Source: Chiloscyllium plagiosum
Lineage: Eukaryota
Reading direction: 5' to 3'
Assembly: GCF_004010195.1 (NCBI RefSeq)
Contig: NC_057720.1
Span: 84,247,918-84,311,917 of the forward strand
Length of the DNA: 64,000 nucleotides
Below the pieces are notes generated by a model, which saw only the letters and a program-made list of their open reading frames with translations, did no database searches and had not been told where the DNA came from. Shown piece after piece: positions 1 to 11,412 of this stretch. Every line of letters starts with the position of its first letter. The stretch's first letter is position 1. Made by a program: the position numbers and the translations under genes.

Positions 1-749
1 TGAATAAGTAAGGCATCTGTTATTCAAGAATGTTTCTTGATGCTTGCCAAATAAAATCCCAAACGCCTCATCATTTAGTCTCAGAAAGAAGGGGATGGGG
101 AGGAAAAAAGAGAAAATGATGAATGATGTGAATATGAACAACATTTAAAAATAAAATCCTCTGAGGTACTTTACAAAAAAAAGTCATGATTTCTGGAAGA
201 TTTATCGTCAGGTTTGAATGGTTCCCTAACCTGTTCCATCTGGATATTTCCATCTGCTTGTACTTTGCCATATAAAAATTGATGAATAAGAGTCCACAGA
301 GGTTGGGGTGGGGGCAGTAAGTAGCTTTATAACTTGAAAACAGATTACTTTAACCAAAGGATTTCATACCTTTTTAATAATGAAGATCCGCACATATTGA
401 CACAGAAATGGGGACCCTGACCTTAGATAACTGACTTTACCTTTCAGAACGTAAAGGGAACAGTGCCCTCAAATACAGGATTTTCTTTGAGCAACTGAAA
501 TAACTTTTCCAGCACTACATTCTTCAACAGAAATAACTTGTCAATATTTTAACAGGCATACATCTGGATACATTGGGAATCCCCTGAAAAACAGTTAAGA
601 TTGACAACAGTGATGCAGAAGCAGAACCTAAATACTTCACATTACCTAAGTGTAGAATTTGTAATTGCAGCCAAATGCATAAACAATTGTTTAGGTCTCA
701 TTCACATAACAGTTATGAACTGATGTTCTGTTTCTCATACCAATCAATT

Positions 750-800
750 AGTTGGACCGAAGGGTCTGTTTCCATCCTGTACATCTCTATTATTCTATGA
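750..800 (+). mobile_element. CR1/HER1-type LINE extreme 3' tail
   Basis: GTTGGACCGAAGGGTCTGTTTCCATCCTGTACATCTCTAT..CTATGA matches the 3' ends of the CR1 copies at 29380-29424 and 12226-12270 (minus). Confidence 0.75.
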
Positions 801-939
801 GAACTGAGATACATTTACTTTCTAAAACAGCCACGCATTTAAGGTGGATCAATCTGAATAATCTAGTAGATTTTTTTTTTAAAAGTGTGGGCTTTAGCAA
901 GTGCACATGAGGTTGTTTACATATTGTTAATGTGGAGTT

Positions 940-1270
940 GTCAATAATGTCAATTGGGCGTAGGAAGACAAGTGATAAGTTTCCTTGTAGAGATTATTAA
1001 ATTTCCAAGTAGAGCTTGAAAAAATCTCTATTAATCCAGATGCACACATAACCTTCCTCATCAAGGTTTTCCATTGATGCTGCAGGGTTGTGCTGTAGAA
1101 GATGGCAAATAAGGTCAGGGCCAGCACACATCCCTGCCCCTCACCATTGGATATTCTGAAGAGATTCCAGAGGTTCCAATTGTACTTGATTTCTCTGCAG
1201 CGATTTTAGTGAAATAGACTTCATCAGGACCAGGATATTGGGTTGGCATTCAAGTTTTTCCAAAGTTGAC
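940..1270 (-). mobile_element. RTE-clade LINE reverse-transcriptase fragment (decayed)
   Basis: Minus strand reads FRISNGEGQGCVLALTLFAIFYSTTLQH, matching the RTE RT motif NGVKQGCVLAPTLF. Confidence 0.7.
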
Positions 1271-1369
1271 CTCTGCTGACAGTGTTCAATGCCTTGGTGA
1301 AATCCGCAAAAGTACTAGACAGGCCTTTAATTTGCTTGTGATACTTTTCTTGTTTTTGCCTGATTATAA

Positions 1370-1740
1370 ACACCACGCATATGGCGCACTGCTTTCTCTA
1401 GATTGGCCCTTGGGTGGTTTCTGTGGAGTCTTACAGTTGGAATTCAAGTGGACCAGTATGGATAGTCTGCTTCAGCAGCTTCTGGCCTGGTATTTCAGCG
1501 ACCTGGCATGGCAATCTTCTTCTTAGGTGGTGGATTTGTCGGCTTTCTGTAGTGGTACTGTCTTTGCCTGAATTTAGGAGTCATGAATTGAACCAGGATG
1601 GGCTGTGTCTTAATTTATTTTATTTTCTCTTATCTATGCCCCTTGTCATTAATATAAGCATTGTGGCATGGTGACATAAATACTTTTCACTGTTTTTTTT
1701 GTAAAAAATACAAGAAACAATAAATTACAATTCTATTCTA
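1370..1740 (+). mobile_element. Probable non-LTR/SINE 3' end (Rex1-like tail)
   Basis: Ends in CTTTTCACTG...CAATAAA followed by an (ATTCT)n-like tail; body not classifiable. Confidence 0.35.
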
Positions 1741-1874
1741 AGAGAATGTGCAAGCTTGTTCAGTGGTACTTTAACCAGGTTCTTCCTAGCAACAGAAAGG
1801 GGGGTAATCCCACCATAGCTAGGAGCAGTGTGATTTTTCTCCCTTGCTTTTGTGCAAGGTGATAATAATGACAT

Positions 1875-2950
1875 GGAAGGAGTCCATAAGACTTGGACAA
1901 CATTCAGGTTTGGACCGACAGATGGCAAGTGACATTTGTGTCACCTAAGTGCTAGGCAATGCTACCCAACAAAAGAGAATCCAAGCATCTCCCTGTGACA
2001 TTTAATGGTATTACTATTGTTGAATTCACTATTATCAACGTTCTTGGAGGTTACCATTGAATAGAAACTGAACTTGAATAGTCATAAAATGCAAGTATAG
2101 ATCAGACGCTAGGGCTCCTGCAATGAGTAATTCACCTCCTGATTTCTCTAAGCCTATCCACATATATAAGACACAAGTTAGAAGTGTGCTTAAATACTCT
2201 CCACAGAAGATGGATGAGTGCAGCTTCAACATTATCATTTGGGACAAAGCAGCCTGCTTGATTGGAATCACATCCACTTCCTCCACCACCGATGTTCAGT
2301 AGCAGAGGTGTGTACTATTTACAAAATGCAGTGTAAAACTTTGCCAAAGATCCTTCCAAACCCACAACGACTTCAATCTAGAACAAAAGCAACACATACA
2401 TAAGAACACCATCTGCTGCAAGTTTATCTCCAAGTCACTCACCATCTTGAACTGGAAACATATCATTGTTCCTTCACTGTCTCTGGATCAAAATCCTGGA
2501 ATTCTCTCCCTAACGACATTGAGAGTCTATCTACAGCACATGGACTACAGCGGTTCAAGGCAGCGGCTTTCCAACATCTTCTCAAGGAAAAAATGGGACG
2601 GACAATAAATGCTGGTCCAGCCAGTGACACCGATGTCCCTTGAGTCACTAAAAAAAATGCAGTCGCTGCAGTATGTACCATGCACAAGATGCACTGCAGA
2701 AATTCATCAAGGCTCCTTCACAGTATCTTCAAAACTTGTGGTCTGTACCAGGTGGAAGGATAAGGGCAACAAAAGTATGTGAACACCACTACTTGCAAGT
2801 TTCCCTCCCAGCCACACACTATCCTCTACAGCTGGTCCTTAATGATTGTTCAGTCAAAATCTTGGAATTTCCTTCCAACAGCACATGAATTTTAATGATT
2901 CAAGAATGCAGCTCAGTCCCACCTTCTCAAGGGAAGTTAGAGATGGGAAA
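1875..2950 (+). mobile_element. Two tandem 3' fragments of the ORF1-less CR1-group LINE (family B)
   Basis: 1875-2657 and 2660-2950 align by eye with 16820-17650 (e.g. CAATAAATGCTGGTCCAGCCAGTGAC; CAAGATGCACTGCAGAAATTC). Confidence 0.85.
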
Positions 2951-3793
2951 TGATAATGAGGTTTTGAAAGGTGAATGTCTTGGACACTCTCCATGTGATC
3001 TCCTACGTCTTTTGCCTGACATCAAGCTTGTGTGGCCTGGGGACTGGATGCCCTAGGCATGTATTATTGAAATCCACATCAGGTTTAATACTCTGAATAC
3101 AACGATAGAAGCAGATGCTTTTATTTCTGCACACTTTCTGCTGCAGAGATTTTGAATGGGAACGGGCAGTGAAAGAGACAGAAAAATGACAGTTGCTATG
3201 GTCTGCAGAAGGAAAAAGCTCTTTTCTCTGTATGCTACCAGACAGAATGCTGGGGCAAGTTTACCCACTGGTCAAAGAGGAGAATCTGCAGCGATATAAA
3301 ATCACAAGAAGATTTGTTCTGGAAAAGTCATGAAAAGAAATGACTTTATCACTGAAAGTCAATTCTGGAGTTCTCAAAAGACCGAAGAAAAGGACTTTCG
3401 GTGGTAACTGGATATCACAGTGTGGCCAAACGGTAGAAATTTACTCATTAGAAGTGGAGTGTGATCTTATGTTGTTTCTTGAAAAGAATGCAATTTTATA
3501 GAGAACATGCTGTACTGCAATGCATATATACTTTTGTGCGTGTTGAGGGTTATCAGTTGCATTAAAACTTGAATAATAGTTATCTTTTGTTGTCATCAGC
3601 ATCAGTTGTCTAAATAATATTTACTTGATGCTGATTTTAGTTTATTTCTTGCAGTAAATATCATTAAACTTGGGAATTCAAATATTTTTTCTGAAAAGGA
3701 AATCTTCTGTCATGATACGCTATGTTCAAATGGCATCATTATGCATATTCAGTAACTTGTCAGAAATTATTCTGTGATATCGGTCATCCAACA
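2951..3793. mobile_element. Possible old solo LTR
   Basis: TG...CA bounded ~840-bp block with LTR-like composition; no TSD found. Confidence 0.25.
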
Positions 3794-4644
3794 ATGCCTA
3801 AAACAACCCCTTTTCCTGCAGCTCTCCTCTTTGCTTCCCATAAGATTTTTGCATCTTTTCATCTCTGATCAAATTATCAAAATACTGACAATATCTTTTC
3901 TCGATGTCATTTTTAAACAGTACTTTTCCTCCTACAATTTAATGATTCTATAGCTTATAAAAATCTTAATTCTCAATACTGAACTTTGCATTTCCTATAT
4001 CACAGTGGTAACGGTAATCAAAAGTACAGAAGGATTTCAGGATGTCCTAGAAATGTCAAAGTTGCTATATAGCTCCTCACCTTTTGGTTTTTGTTGATTT
4101 TCCTTCAATTAAGTAACCCTGGCTATGCCGTTAAATATACAATGCACTACAGCCTTAAATAACATCACAAACTTGTAACTTTGTTAATAAGTACAACCCT
4201 CAATTTTTGTGCCCATTGCATCTTTGAAACTGCAACTGGGCACTATTAGAAACTCATGTGATGATATAGCTTCTGTCGAACTGAGTCATGTTGCAGTGTC
4301 ATGCACCAGTTTGGAGTGTGAAGCACATGAAGTGCATCTGTCCCAACCTGTTGACCAGAAGCTTTGGGCATAATGTATCTGCGTTCAGGCTGTCTATCCT
4401 GAGCACAGGTTGGGAGAGAGGAGTTGACCTCTATATTGCCCTGATTTTGTCCTAAGCTCACCTCTGCGCTACTGTTGTCAAAATTTGTCACAAAATGCTG
4501 TTATAGGCAAGGTTGTATATTCTCTGATAATGTAGGGTTTGTTCAGTGCAATTTCAAAAGATACTATCTAAGACATTTCTATAAAGTACCTGTACAATTT
4601 CATTTTAATTCTCAGAAAGATTATGACTTGGAAAATGCCTGTCT

Positions 4645-4815
4645 GTTAGCATCTGTGGAGAAAAAAAAATCAGAGTATATAGTTCTGAGGAAGAGTGATC
4701 CAACCTGAAATGGCAACTCTGATTTCTCTCTACAGATGCTGCCAGACCTACTGAGTTTTTCCAGCAATTTCTATTTTTGTTTCTGATTTACAGCAACCAC
4801 AGTTTTTTTCAGATT
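4645..4815 (+). mobile_element. Penelope-like pLTR fragment inserted in the Gmr1 element
   Basis: CTGAGGAAG...CCTGAAA degenerate hammerhead followed by the typical ACAGATGCTGCCAGACCTACTGAGTTTTTCCAGCA. Confidence 0.7.
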
Positions 4816-6447
4816 TTATTAAGGATTACCACTTGGACCACTGCTTGTTGAGATTGCCCATTGACCATTCCACATCGTTTGGTATTTAAATGGTCTCTAT
4901 TTTCTCATTAAGAATTTGTTTTTCAATAATACCATGCATGTTTTGTTTCTGATTCAGTCTTGAGTTTATTGATTGGTATTCCTTTCTCAGTACTACATTC
5001 AGTCATTGCATTTCTATCAAAGAAAATGGCCTAAACATCTCAGCCTCATTCTTTTCAACTTCATTCTTTCTAGTTACATTTTTGAAAATTGTATCTGTAA
5101 ACTGAATTTCCAAATATGTTCCTATTTCATGTACACTTTCTCTTCCTCTCTGATTCTATGAACCTCAGATCTAGTCACAACACAGTCAGGAAACAATCCA
5201 GGATGCTCCTCTTGTAACATTACTGTTTCTACTACTTTTACTGGTTGTTCCACCACTCTTGCTGAAGCCAGTATGTTTGAACTTAACAATTCAGATCTGA
5301 AAATAAAGTAAATTCCTTCTGGATGAATTTGTTTTATTACTCCCTACTACAACTTCACCATTTACCCTTTAATCCAATACTGTATAATGATACTGCCTTG
5401 TAACCTCTAACCTACCTCCAATGAATATTTTCTCTTTTGTTAACCTCTCTGGAAGACAAATTGTATCATCAGTTCGCATCAATGACCTCTTTTAAAATCT
5501 TTATCAGTTTTCCTTTTGAGATAAAATAAATAGAACGTCAAGTAGCCTGATTCTGTTTTTCAGTATACACCTATTTCCTTTCTTGATGTCCCCTTTTCTG
5601 AAGATTCCTTTAACTTCTAACTTATATATGTGTTCTCATTGCAGAAGGCAATAAAGTTTTAAATTCTTGAACAGAATAATTCCTCTGAGAGTATTGTCAT
5701 TATCGTCAGTATAAAATGCTCTTATCTACTTATTAAAATTATTTCATTTAACATTCTCAAAGTCAATATAAATTTGTCCAGGCTGCATCCCTATATGATT
5801 AAACCTTTGCCTGTATGCTTCCAGTACAATTCTGGGACCAATTCATATCTGCTTTGAACAGACCTTTTCACCTCATCATAATCCCTAGAATGCTGCTCTG
5901 ACAGGGATGCATAAATCTCTGATACTTTACCAGTTAATTCATTTTGAATTGATAAGATTCAATCTGCTTTGACCAATCTGCTTGTGTGGTTATCTTTTCA
6001 AGCAACATGAAAAAATGGTTCCTCATCCTTCTCTTCAAATGTTGGCAAAGCCTATACACAACCTTAAACATCTCCTGACTGAAACATGGATTATAACTAG
6101 AAATGTCACCTTCCAAACCTCTGGTTTAACTTGTCTAAGATGCATCATTTGTAATTTATATCCATTTTCTTTCTCGTGACTCTAGTTTTAACACTTATTG
6201 CTCTGTGGAATTCTCTCTCATTTTTCTGCCTTTGGACTTCCAGTTTTTCTTAGTTCTAAACTGCTTTGGAATCAATCTCAAACTTTCTCATTTCCATTTG
6301 TATGAACTGCAACTGAAGGTTCACTGATGCTTCTGTTGTACTACCTATACTACTTCGCCCCTCTATTTCCTTTGAACCCAATAGTTCCATTTTTAAATCA
6401 ATAATGTTTGCCTTCTGAGTTTGCTCTGGCAACTTCATTACTAATCT

Positions 6448-6578
6448 GTAAGAACAAATTACTACAGATGCTGGAATCTGTATTGAAAACAACAAATGCT
6501 GGATATCAAGCAGGTCAGACAGCATTCATAGAGAGAGAGCAAGCTAAGTTTCGAGTCTAGATGACTCTTGCAGCTCTG
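6448..6578 (-). mobile_element. Penelope-like pLTR fragment inserted in Gmr1 gag
   Basis: Minus strand GAGTCATCTAGACTCGAAAC...GCTGTCTGACCTGC...CCAGCATTTG...CAGCATCTG. Confidence 0.65.
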
Positions 6579-6739
6579 TCAATTTAGTTTTGTCATACAC
6601 CGCAACCTTACCAATTAAATTTATGACACCTTCAAAAAATGTTCAGCAGTTTCCAGTGCCAATTTAAGTGTCTGTGTGTGATTAACTTCTCTCATATCAA
6701 ATCCAGTTCAGACCTACATTGTCTGCATTCCAAGATTAT

Positions 6740-6753
6740 GGAATGAGCCCCCA
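6740..6753 (-). promoter_or_regulatory. Primer-binding site, tRNA-Pro type
   Basis: TGGGGGCTCATTCC lies 4 nt downstream of the LTR end ...CATAACA; the canonical tRNA-Pro PBS is TGGGGGCTCGTCC. Confidence 0.7.
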
Positions 6754-6757
6754 GTTA

Positions 6758-7680
6758 TGTTATGACATGAAGACAGGCAGCCAAATCAAATCAGCTGCCC
6801 TACCTCTGTATTCACAACATTTGTAATATTAAAACCCTCAAAGACCCTTAAAAATGACACCAAAGGTTTCTAAGCAGACCTTTTAAATAACAGGTCCCAG
6901 TCTTTGTGAATAATCAATACCAGACATCAGATTTATAGCTTAAACAAAAGGCTAAACAGTTTATGAACAATACTGTAACTGTATCAGAGCAAAGTTGAAC
7001 AAAGTAATCTAATTATTTTTTTTTATTTTAAACCCAATCACCTTTGATTTCAGCACCCTTCATTCTAAAGACAGAGACAAACAAACACAGTTAATGGATA
7101 AGTTAATAAGAAGGAAAACATAACAAATTGGTTAGATTACTTAAGAAGTTTCCACAATGTGCTGTTTCACAGGTATTTAGGATTGTCTCTTGATTTTCTT
7201 TTAATTCATTCTGAGGAAGATTCAATAGTACTTAAAACTGAGTTTCTATTATCTGAACTTCCAACAGATGATAATGGGAAGCTAGGCAGGGAGTGTTCAA
7301 ATCTTCATGTTGTTGCATCAGCAGTCAAACTCGTTCTCTCAGAAATCCCCTTAAAAAAAAACTCTAGTACCATCCTCTGTCTGGATTTCTCCCAGACTTG
7401 TTGGCACCAATTCCTAGTTATCAACCTCGTTAATGGTCAAATACCTGCTATGTGGTTAAACATACTGTCTTCCTGAGTCGAACAGTTTATTACGTTTTTT
7501 GATCAAGAACCAATATGCAATTAATTTTCAAGTCTGGCCTCAAAAATAAACAACAGCTTGCTTGTTCTCTTTGTTTTTAAACACAAGCTGCTGCTCACAA
7601 TCCAAAGGTTACCTTTCAGCTCTCAGTTCACAAATCTAAATCAAAATGATTAACAAGAAAACTCAGTGAGGGCTCTTACA
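6758..7680 (-). mobile_element. 5' LTR of the Gmr1-type Gypsy element
   Basis: TGTAAGAG...TCATAACA termini on the minus strand, directly followed by the PBS and gag. Confidence 0.65.
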
Positions 7681-8183
7681 GTGAATAATAACTATATTTC
7701 TTGTGCAGCTGACACCATGTTGTTAAAGTTTTTTTCCAAGGTCCAAGGATGGCACCTACAACTTCTGGCAGATGTTAGTCTGTTATTATGAATATAAACA
7801 GCTATTTGAAATAATATGCAAGAATATTACACTGAAACTGAAGGAGTATTCAGACAGTTGGTACTGTGGCAAGCCTACATCCATCCTATGTAAATATGTT
7901 TGGCTGTTAACTACAAGTTTTACACTGGGATAGTCTCCAGAGGAATAGTACTGAGAAGTAGTGATATTAATCTAACACTTTATCAGACAATGCTTATACA
8001 AAATAATGCTGTAAATTCTATTCAATTCTATGACAAATATAAAATGTTGAATATCTGGTAGTACTCTTGGCTCCAAGCATAATTTTCAATAAAGGGGTGT
8101 CTTATATTGTTTATGAATAACAACAAATGTAGCAGAAGAAACTAATGATCACCATGTTTTAAATGGCACTTGAACTTGGTCAC

Positions 8184-8639
8184 TGTCATGATTGGAACCA
8201 GGACCAGGTGGATTTCATTGATTATGAGATCCTTGATTGGGGCTGTTAACCTGGGCCAATCAGAAAGTCCTGGCTGATAGATACAAACAGGAGATCCACA
8301 CACAACATGGGTGCTGGGAAGAAAAACAAACAAACAGGAGATCATGCAGCATTGCCCTTTGATGAGAAGGGGACTGCTTGTCACTGGCCACTCTGGTGAA
8401 TCCTTTCTTCCTGGTGGTGAAAAATGAATAAAGATTTGTACACCTGTTGTCTTTCACTGTGTCTCACATCTGCGCACAATGACAAGGGTGCTGGGGTAAA
8501 AATAAGCACTACCGCTGTTAGGCAGTAGTGTGGGGGAGAAAAAAAAAGAAAAAATATAACCTGGAGAGAGGGCCCTCTTGTGATGTAGAAAAAAAGGAAA
8601 AAGATACAAACAGGAGATTCAGCAGATCTTAGTCTAGGG
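8184..8639 (+). mobile_element. Gypsy (Mag-type) LTR interrupted by non-LTR tails and by the hAT
   Basis: 8184-8295 plus 8619-8639 align with the reverse complement of the LTR at 50487-50711 (TGT..ATTGGAA..CCAGGTGGAT..CTTGATTGGGG.TGTTAACCTGGG..CCTGGCTGA.AGATA.AAA.AG.AGATTCAG..TCTAGGG). Confidence 0.8.
8296..8601 (+). mobile_element. Two 5'-truncated non-LTR retrotransposon 3' tails (L1/Tx1-like) at one target site
   Basis: 17-bp TSD AGATACAAACAGGAGAT at 8279-8295 and 8602-8618, partial third copy at 8330-8342, AATAAA at 8427, A-rich tails, 3' hairpins. Confidence 0.7.
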
Positions 8640-10621
8640 CAGGGGTGGAGAACCTGCGGCCTTCTCGGCCATTGTGTGTGGCCTTTTGAATGAATCCAAA
8701 TTTTGCAGGATTGGGAAGTGCAATATTATTTTGTGTCTGCTAAAGATAGGATGATTTGCTTGCTTTGTGATACTGCAAGATCAACATTGAAGAAATATAA
8801 TGCTTATCACAAGGACCACAAATATTTCACATTAGAGGGAGAGGTGCGGAAGGTTGCATTGCAGAAATTAAAAGATGAAAAGCAAAAGCAAAGACAGTTA
8901 TTTCAAGCAGTATTAAGACCCAGAAAAAATGCCACTGAAGCAACATATAAAGTAGCTTATATACTCGGGAAAAGGAGGAAGCCTTTCAGCGATGTGGAAA
9001 TCGTAAAAGAATGTATTGTCGAAGTTGTAGGGTGCTTAGACCCCGATAATGTTCCAAAGTACAAACAACTGCCTCTTTCAAGGAGAACCATAACTTATCG
9101 GCAGCATGAATTAGCCCTCCAACAGAACACCTCCAACAAATACTCCAAAAAAAAAATACATATTATTCAATCGCTTTGGATGAATCAACTGATACTACCG
9201 ACTCAGCGCAGGCTTTATACTTCAATCGGGCCATAGCAGAAGATTTTATTTGCTACAAAGAGTTACTGACTTTGGGCACTCTTACAAGTAGAACACGAGG
9301 AATAGATATCTTCACAAACTTTCAAGATAAATGTCGTGAATTTGAACTGAATTTAGTTAATTTAGTGAGTGTATGTACAGACGGTGCGCCTTCCATGACA
9401 GGAAAACATGAAGGGTTTATTGCACAGATAAAAAAAGTATTATCAGATCCAGATGCTCTCATTTCTTTTCATTGTATCTTACATCAGCAAAATCTCTGTG
9501 CCAAATCTACTATTTTAAGTGACACTTTGCAACAAGTTATAAGTATTGTTAACTATATTCGTGCAAATGCAACACGGCATCGTCGGTTTTGTAACATGCT
9601 AAAGTAGGATGATGAGGTATTCAGTGAGGATTTGCCGTAACATTGCCATGTGTTGGCTACCGCAGGGACAGGTGTTAGCACAAATTTTATCTTTGCGAGA
9701 ACAGGTAATTAAATTTTATGAAGAACAGAGTCAGCAATGCGAATTAGTGAAAGAAGATTTCTGTAGAAATGCTGCATTTCTGTGTGATATCACGTCAAAG
9801 CAAAATGACTTGAATATTTCTTTGCAAAGTAAAACTAGGTCCAAATACAATATGTGGCAAAAAAATCCAAGCATTTTGAAAAATGCTATCTTTTTTCAAA
9901 ACTCTTCTTTTTCAAAAGGAAATTTCTGATGAACATTTTCCCCAGTTAACAAAGGTCATTGATGAACTGGAGGATTCTTGCGAATCATTTGAAGAATACG
10001 GAGCTGTTATAAACTTATTAATTGGAAAATACAATGAAAGGTTCTCTGACTTTGAGAATCATGACATCACACTCAAATTAGCATTTCAACCTCACCTAGT
10101 TGATGTCTCCTAAAGAACTAGAGATGGAATTGATTGAGCTCTCAAAAGATGACATTTTAAAGTCCTTATTTGATGCTAAGAAAGATCCGATTGAAATGTG
10201 GAAAAATGCAACAGAATACCCATGCCTTCGGCAACATGCACGAAAAATGCTTTCTTGCTTTTCAACCACTTATTGCTGCGAATCTACATTCTCCTACTTA
10301 ACCAAATTCAAGACGCTCTTAAGGTCACAAGTGACGGATACCCATCTAGAGGATCAGCTAAAACTGCAGACCTCCATGCTGCAATCAAATATTCAAATGC
10401 TTTCCTACAAAAAACAGTCACAACAAAGTCATTAAAAGGTTAATTAACTTTAGAATTAACTTTTTTTTTTCATTTTCTATAGTTAGTTAGATTATTAGTT
10501 AGATTTTTACAAAATAATGTGAATTTTGAAGAATATATAATTGAAGTTTCTTGGATGCGGCCTTACTAGATTACAACTAACATAATGCGGCCTTCCAACA
10601 TGAAAAGGTTCCCCACCTCTG
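8640..10621 (+). mobile_element. hAT DNA transposon, Buster/Charlie family (OposCharlie1-like)
   Basis: TIRs CAGGGGTGGAGAACCT / CAGAGGTGGGGAACCT (14/16); perfect 8-bp TSD GTCTAGGG (8632-8639, 10622-10629) with central TA; subterminal TGCGGCC repeats. Confidence 0.95.
8703..10435 (+). pseudogene. hAT (Buster-type, GTF2IRD2/ZBED5-like) transposase, frameshifted
   Basis: BED-like CLLC..H; LDESTD; VCTDGAPSMTG; FHCILHQQNLCAK (CxxH); FSTTYCCESTFS; split over about five ORFs by frameshifts and stops. Confidence 0.93.
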
Positions 10622-11237
10622 GTCTAGGGCCATTTGGAATTCTGTGTGCTAAGCTGGTCAAACTTTGCTCACCACTCCAATCTTGATACACCTACAAACT
10701 TTATTTGTGGACCATGTACGAAGGCACAGGATATTGCATTAACTTGACAAGCAACTTTGAATAATGCAATTTCTGTTTTTAGATGCTGTGTCCTTCATTC
10801 TACTCTACTTGTAAAATAACCCACTGATAAAAGGGAACATTGTCCCACTTTTTGTGTAGTTTTGTCAATGGTTTACACATCAGCGTGTACCAACTTCTCT
10901 GAGTTAATAAAATCTTCCTGCTTTCAGGGAGGCAGCAGCTCTTTCAGAACTATTACTTGAACAGAGTCACTGAACTCGCTATCACACCAGTCAGCTGCAA
11001 GGTAACTAAATACCTTTTCATGTGGATGGAGCTGATTATATTTTGGCTGGATTCATAAAAGACAGACATGCCCAAGCCTCATTCTATAGTATCATTTACG
11101 ATGCTGGCCCCAACTTTGCATAATCCCTAAAATGTGGATCACAAGTCTTTATAAAATACTTAGGACCAGCTAAAGATACAAAATGAATAATTAAGAAGAA
11201 AGTAAAAGTTGCAATTGAAAACTTGATACAAAACTAT

Positions 11238-11305
11238 AGGCTTAATCATTTGCACTGCTGCTTCACAATGCCAGGGACCTGGGTTTGATTTCAGCCTTGG
11301 GCGTG
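11238..11305 (+). mobile_element. HE1-like tRNA-derived SINE head fragment
   Basis: GCACTGCTGCTTCACAATGCCAGGGACCTGGGTTTGATTTCAGCCTTGGGC containing a B-box-like GGTTTGATT. Confidence 0.6.
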
Positions 11306-11412
11306 TGAGAAACAAAAGCTCATTCACTTCAATAATTTCAGTCCGAGACCAAAAATCTGTACACTTGCAAGTGGGTGCCATATCTAATGCCAGGTAAGGC
11401 AATGACAAATGC

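Larger units (their letters stand above)
3900..6740 (-). mobile_element. Gmr1-clade Gypsy LTR retrotransposon internal region (gag-PR-linker-IN remnants), heavily decayed
   Basis: Minus-strand peptides: LPTFEEKDE..FFMLLEKITTQADW; LTGKVSEIYASLSEQHSRDYDEVKRSVQSRYELVPE..AYRQRF (gag); VNGEVVVG..PEGIYFI (protease C-terminus); HPGLFPDCVVTRS and YY..ILMRK.RP (PR-IN linker); weak KTK/DIS..PE integrase traces at ~4040-4110. Confidence 0.75.

Noticed and set aside
2951-3793. 3' LTR of the Gmr1 element
   Set aside because: A purine-rich tract precedes it on the minus strand, but it shows no similarity to the 5' LTR at 6758-7680.
4246-4491. 81-aa minus-strand ORF as a host exon
   Set aside because: Bounded by stops, has no recognisable motif, and lies within decayed Gypsy sequence.
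8279-8618. CRISPR-like repeat-spacer array (three copies of ACAAACAGGAGAT)
   Set aside because: Spacing is irregular (about 35 and 260 bp), the context is eukaryotic and there are no cas genes; nested TSDs explain it better.
8703-10435. Domesticated GTF2IRD2/ZBED5/EPM2AIP1-like host gene
   Set aside because: Multiple frameshifts and stops together with intact TIRs and TSD show a decaying transposon, not a domesticated gene.
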